From positions 3,680,001-3,744,000 of the forward strand of contig JASGHG010000001.1 of assembly GCA_047602425.1 (NCBI GenBank): 64,000 nt of DNA. Reading direction: 5' to 3'. Below the pieces are notes generated by a model. That model was not told the DNA's origin and did not search any database. It saw only the letters and a program-made list of their open reading frames with translations. Below, piece by piece: positions 59,773-64,000 of the stretch (positions within the stretch are counted from its first letter, which is position 1; the number at the start of each line of letters is the position of its first letter). This DNA comes from Nibricoccus sp. GTDB taxonomy: Bacteria > Verrucomicrobiota > Verrucomicrobiia > Opitutales > Opitutaceae. The position numbers and the translations under genes are program-made.

Positions 59773-62700
59773 ATGAATCTCTATTCGATCTATTTTCGGT
59801 TCCGCTGGGTGAACGTGCCCTCCGTTTTATTGGTGCTTTTGCTGCAACGCATGCCCGTGCTCCGGCTGTTCTTGCAGGCCGGGAACGTCTTTGAAAGCGG
59901 CGGCTGCGGAATGGTGATGAAATCGGTTTTCGCGCTTGCCGCGCTGGGTGCCTACAATTCCGTGGCAGGTGCGACGACTTTCAGTGTGACGCCGGCTGCG
60001 CCGACGAGCGGTCCGGCCGGCACGCAATTCTCCACCAGTGGGACCACGGACACGTCGATGAGCGTGAGTTTTTCGTTGTCGGGCGCTCCAGGCAGCCCGC
60101 GGTCGTGGAGCGTGATAGGTACGCTGCCAACCGGACTCAGCGTGACGGGAGGAAATCCGGTCAACGTGAGTTCGCCGTACAAGATGACTATCGCCGGTAC
60201 GCCGACGACACAGGGAAGTTGGACGGTGACGGTGAAGGCATGGGAGAAAGCCAATACGAGTGGCAATTCGGTGAGTGCCACGTGCGTGCTCACGATCACC
60301 GCGGGCACGACGACGAGCCCGCCGAGTTTTACCACGCAGCCCCAAAGCGCTTCCACCAATGTAGGTGGTTCGGTAACGTTTACGGCGGCAGCATCCGGCT
60401 CTCCAGCTCCGGTTTTGCAGTGGTATCATGACGGCACTTTGCTTTCGGGGAAGACGGCGGCTTCCCTTACCCTTGCGAACGTCCAAACAGCCGATGCCGG
60501 CTCCTACACAGTAACAGCGACAAATTCTGCGGGCTCGGTCACCTCAAGTGTGGTTGTGTTAACGGTATTGACCGCTCCGTCGATCACGGCCCAACCGCAA
60601 AATGCGACGGCGACGGTTGGCGGCTCGACGACACTGAGCGTGGTCGCCTCGGGCCCTGCTCCGCTTAGTTACCAATGGAAGAAAGGCGGCGCGGTCATCA
60701 GCGGTGCAACCACAGCGAACTACACCATTTCCAATGTCCAGACATCGGATGCAGGCAGTTACACAGTGACGGTGAGCAACAGTGTTGGTTCGGTCACGAG
60801 CAATACCGCCACTCTGACGGTCAACAGCACGCCCTCGATCACGAACCATCCCCAGAGCTTGTCAGTGGTGGTAGGCGACAGTGTGCTCTTCTCGGCGACG
60901 GCGACAGGAAGCGCGCCCTTGAGCTACCAGTGGCAAAAAGGTGGCGCGCCAATTGGTGGAGCGACGTCGGCGACTTATTCGATTCCCAGCGCGCAATTGA
61001 GCGATGCGGGCAACTATACCGTGGTGGTAACCAATGGTTCAGGCTCTGTGACCAGCAATGCGGCGATTTTGTCGGTTTTGGCCAGCGCTGTCGCACCGTC
61101 AATCACGACACAACCGCAAAGCGTCACCGTCACCGTGGGCGCCGGCGCAACTTTCACCGTCGCGGCCACAGGAACGGCCCCGTTGACTTATCAATGGAAG
61201 AAGGCTGGTGCGGCGATCAATGGTGCGACGTCCGCAACTTATACGATACCGGTCGCGCAGCTGACCGATGCCGGAAACTATACCGTGGTTATTACGAATG
61301 GTACGGGTTCAATCACTAGTTCGACGGCGACGCTCGCCGTCAGTCCCGCGCCCGCCGGACCCGTTATTGCGACTCAGCCGACCAGTCACTCGGTGGCCAG
61401 TGGCCACGATGTGAGCCTTGTGATATTCGCCACCGGATATCCGGCGCCTACCTACGCTTGGTATGTTTCGGCAGACAATGGAGCAACATGGACAGCGATT
61501 TCTGACGGAACCAACTACGCAGGGGCAACGACCTCGATCTTGACAGTGAAAAGCGCGACGTCGTCCCTGAATGGTTGCATGTATCGCTGTACGGCGACCA
61601 ATGCCACAGGATCGGTCAATAGCTTTGTCGCCACGCTTACTGTGAGCTCCACGGTTTTGCCTGCGCCTTCGGGATTGGTTGCAAGCGCGTCGGGGACGCT
61701 GACGGTTACCGATTCATCGAATAACACAATCCAGACCATAGGGACAAATTGGGTGATGACATCTCTCGCCGGCACTGCGGGCCAGCAAGGGTCGACCGAT
61801 GCGACGGGAGCGGCGGCCTTGTTCCGGCAGCCGAACGGCATCGCGATGGACAGCGCTGGAAACCTTTATGTCGCCGATACTGGGAATTCGATCATCAGGA
61901 GAATTTCCGCGGCGGGGGCCGTTACGACGGTGGCAGGCTCTTCCTCGAATCAAGGCTACCGCGACGGCGCCGGTACGACGGCATGGTTTAACTCGCCGGC
62001 CGCATTGACCGCCGATGGCGTCGGCAATGTCTACATCGCGGATTCCGGCAACGCGGTGATCCGTAAAATCGCGGTGGACGGAACCGTGATAACCTTGGCG
62101 GGCGCAGCTGGTTCGACTGGGACCGCGGACGGTGTGGGGAGTGCGGCGCGTTTCAACCAGCCCTCGGGCATTGTCGTCGACGGTGCGGGCAATCTCTTTG
62201 TCAGCGACACCTACAATCAGACGATCCGCAGAGTGACTGCGGCGGGCGTGGTCACCACACTGGCCGGGCTGGCCGGCGTGAGCGGCGCTACCGATGGTCC
62301 GGGCGCGTCGGCATCGTTTAATCAGCCGCGTGGTTTGTGTCTCGATGCCTCGGGAAATCTTTACGTGGCGGATACTGCGAATTCGGCGATACGAAAAGTG
62401 ACGCCGACAGGCGCGGTCACGACCTTTGCGGGGCTTTCGACCATCTCAGGTCTGCTCGACGGAACGGGGACCAATGCATGGTTTAATCAGCCACGCGACG
62501 TGAAGATCGATTCATCGGGCAATCTCTATGTGGCCGACACGGGCAATGCCGCCATCCGCAAAATCACTCCGACTGGCGTGGTGACAACCGCATCGCTTTC
62601 GGTAGCGAGCGCCAACCCGGGTGATGGTTTGTCTTCGTCTTCCGGTTCGGGAACTGCCGCGACTGAAAGCGGACCGGTGCCGGGAAAGGCTGGCGCGGGT

Positions 62701-62787
62701 GGCGTGCCAGGCTGGTTCGGCATAGGCTGGCTGATTTTAGCGATGAGTCGCTGGTTGATGCACCGCCGGCTTCGGCAGACGGGCTGA
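59773..62787 (+). CDS. Surface protein with tandem Ig-like domains, an NHL beta-propeller and a C-terminal sorting signal
   Basis: Five ITxQP-type...W...Y Ig units, six F.QP.G...GNLYVAD-type units, Gly-rich + TM + basic tail. Confidence 0.85.
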   Translation: MNLYSIYFRFRWVNVPSVLLVLLLQRMPVLRLFLQAGNVFESGGCGMVMKSVFALAALGAYNSVAGATTFSVTPAAPTSGPAGTQFSTSGTTDTSMSVSFSLSGAPGSPRSWSVIGTLPTGLSVTGGNPVNVSSPYKMTIAGTPTTQGSWTVTVKAWEKANTSGNSVSATCVLTITAGTTTSPPSFTTQPQSASTNVGGSVTFTAAASGSPAPVLQWYHDGTLLSGKTAASLTLANVQTADAGSYTVTATNSAGSVTSSVVVLTVLTAPSITAQPQNATATVGGSTTLSVVASGPAPLSYQWKKGGAVISGATTANYTISNVQTSDAGSYTVTVSNSVGSVTSNTATLTVNSTPSITNHPQSLSVVVGDSVLFSATATGSAPLSYQWQKGGAPIGGATSATYSIPSAQLSDAGNYTVVVTNGSGSVTSNAAILSVLASAVAPSITTQPQSVTVTVGAGATFTVAATGTAPLTYQWKKAGAAINGATSATYTIPVAQLTDAGNYTVVITNGTGSITSSTATLAVSPAPAGPVIATQPTSHSVASGHDVSLVIFATGYPAPTYAWYVSADNGATWTAISDGTNYAGATTSILTVKSATSSLNGCMYRCTATNATGSVNSFVATLTVSSTVLPAPSGLVASASGTLTVTDSSNNTIQTIGTNWVMTSLAGTAGQQGSTDATGAAALFRQPNGIAMDSAGNLYVADTGNSIIRRISAAGAVTTVAGSSSNQGYRDGAGTTAWFNSPAALTADGVGNVYIADSGNAVIRKIAVDGTVITLAGAAGSTGTADGVGSAARFNQPSGIVVDGAGNLFVSDTYNQTIRRVTAAGVVTTLAGLAGVSGATDGPGASASFNQPRGLCLDASGNLYVADTANSAIRKVTPTGAVTTFAGLSTISGLLDGTGTNAWFNQPRDVKIDSSGNLYVADTGNAAIRKITPTGVVTTASLSVASANPGDGLSSSSGSGTAATESGPVPGKAGAGGVPGWFGIGWLILAMSRWLMHRRLRQTG

Positions 62788-62809
62788 AACATTCTGGACG
62801 TTGGAGAAT

Positions 62810-62839
62810 AAAAAAGCCGCCCTTGGGGCGGCTTTTTTT
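62810..62839. terminator. Bidirectional intrinsic terminator
   Basis: A6-GCCGCCC / GGGCGGC-T7. Confidence 0.88.
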
Positions 62840-62860
62840 AGTGGAGACGAAAGGCAAATT

Positions 62861-63345
62861 TTAAGAGGCGAGCGCAAATCCCTGAAAATTCTGCTTAGGC
62901 GGCGAAGACGAATTTGGATCTTCCGAATGGCGCCGACCGGCGATCAGTTGATCGAGATCCCTGACGACCTGATGCAGTGTTTCAGCTTGAGATTGCAATT
63001 CGGTGGAAGCGCTGGCGGTCTCTTCGGCACTTGCGGCGTTGGATTGCATGACTTTTCCATGTCATTCATGGCGGCTCTCAGCTCGGCCATGAGCTTGAAG
63101 CCGTCGTCGAGTCCGTCCAGCCCACGTGTGGCGGAGACATCGCTCAGGAATTGTTGAACCTGTACCGTGTGGAGTTGCATCCCTTTGACCAGCAGCGCAG
63201 ATTGCAGTCCGCGCTCTTTTGCCGTGTGCACCGTTGTGCGGACCGACCCGGCGAGCAGGGAAAGCAGGACGATCACCAAAATGACTACAGCCATCGGAAT
63301 CACGATGCTTCCAACGAGCTTTGCTTTGAGGGACAACGACTTCAT
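62861..63345 (-). pseudogene. Methyl-accepting chemotaxis protein remnant (internal deletion plus frameshift)
   Basis: TM and VQVQQFLSDVSATRGLDG joined to MCP C-terminal QSNAASAEETASASTELQSQA in another frame. Confidence 0.75.
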
Positions 63346-63505
63346 GGCGGTATTGTCTCTAATTATCGGTTTTTTTGGCGGGCGGTGTAGGTATAAATAG
63401 GGTGGTTCACTTATGCCTATAGCACAGAGGAGGAAAGCGACGACTTAGGTTGGCCATTGTTGAGGCGGAAGGGGTGCTTTCGGCCATGTTTTCCCGGACG
63501 GCAAT

Positions 63506-63539
63506 AAAAAGGCCGCCCCGATAAAAGGGCGGCCTTTTT
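63506..63539 (-). terminator. Intrinsic terminator after the pyrophosphatase gene
   Basis: A5-GGCCGCCC / GGGCGGCC-T5. Confidence 0.85.
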
Positions 63540-63571
63540 GGTGTGTAACGGTCTGTGGGCTGGAAACTCGC

Positions 63572-64000
63572 TTAAGAGTTTTCGAATTGTTTTTCCATTT
63601 CCTGCAGTTCCTTCGACTCGCGTTTGCTCTGCCAGACGGCCCAGCCAATGGCGAAGGCGCAGACGAGGGCGACGAGTCCGCCGATGATGCGGGACTGGGT
63701 GCCAGTGAGAACGTTGAACTTGATCACGACGCCGAGGGCGAGCAGCGAGACCATGTTCATCACCTTGATGAGAGGATTGACGGCCGGGCCGGCGGTGTCC
63801 TTGAGCGGATCGCCAACGGTGTCGCCAGTAACGGCGGCCTTGTGCGACTCGGAGCCTTTGCCGCCGTAGTTGCCGTCTTCAATGAATTTCTTGGCATTGT
63901 CCCACGCGCCACCTGCATTCGCCATGAACACGGCGACGAGCTGACCGGTGAGAATCATGCCGGCGAGGAAACCGCCAAGAGCCTGAGTGCCGAGGAAGAA
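63572..64000 (-). CDS. hppA: Membrane-bound H+/Na+-translocating pyrophosphatase, 3' part (runs off the window)
   Basis: [11 protein letters not shown] and [14 protein letters not shown] motifs. Confidence 0.93.
   Translation of the reverse strand, partial: FFLGTQALGGFLAGMILTGQLVAVFMANAGGAWDNAKKFIEDGNYGGKGSESHKAAVTGDTVGDPLKDTAGPAVNPLIKVMNMVSLLALGVVIKFNVLTGTQSRIIGGLVALVCAFAIGWAVWQSKRESKELQEMEKQFENS

Noticed and set aside
60320..61640. GAT(S/T) motifs inside the Ig repeats as flavinylation sites
   Set aside because: They are a regular part of this Ig repeat (I.GATS.TY) and are explained by the fold.

Overview
A GC-rich bacterial chromosome segment, most likely from Verrucomicrobia (Opitutaceae-like; inferred from gene content). 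Left to right it contains: (i) a methylmalonyl-CoA block with a Na+-translocating methylmalonyl-CoA decarboxylase (mmdA/D/C/B-like), biotin ligase, epimerase, a divergent two-subunit B12 mutase and meaB, interrupted by two TerC paralogs and an orphan Imm50-like gene; (ii) a seemingly complete ~6.9-kb filamentous (Inoviridae-like) prophage in the 3' end of tRNA-Gln(TTG), bounded by a 26-bp direct repeat (22732-22757 / 29637-29662) and encoding a tyrosine integrase, a small repressor, an HUH Rep, a pV-like SSB, small coat proteins, a pIII-like adhesin and a Zot/pI ATPase; (iii) housekeeping and signalling genes (hflX, hybrid kinase, uup, WYL regulator with two VOC genes, creBC, two HDOD genes, PEPCK); (iv) an extracytoplasmic redox island (porin-multiheme cytochrome pair, cupredoxin-like protein inside a two-component operon, DsbD, DUF3570-ApbE-TlpA-DUF4266, Ig/NHL surface protein); and (v) a deleted MCP pseudogene and the 3' end of a membrane pyrophosphatase. 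The main finding is that the prophage att core lies inside the integrase ORF. Rejoining the ends by hand extends the integrase by 46 codons to a stop that overlaps the rep start (ATGA), so excision would rebuild an int-rep-ssb-morphogenesis operon that integration breaks. All family assignments come from motif recognition by eye; no database searches were run.
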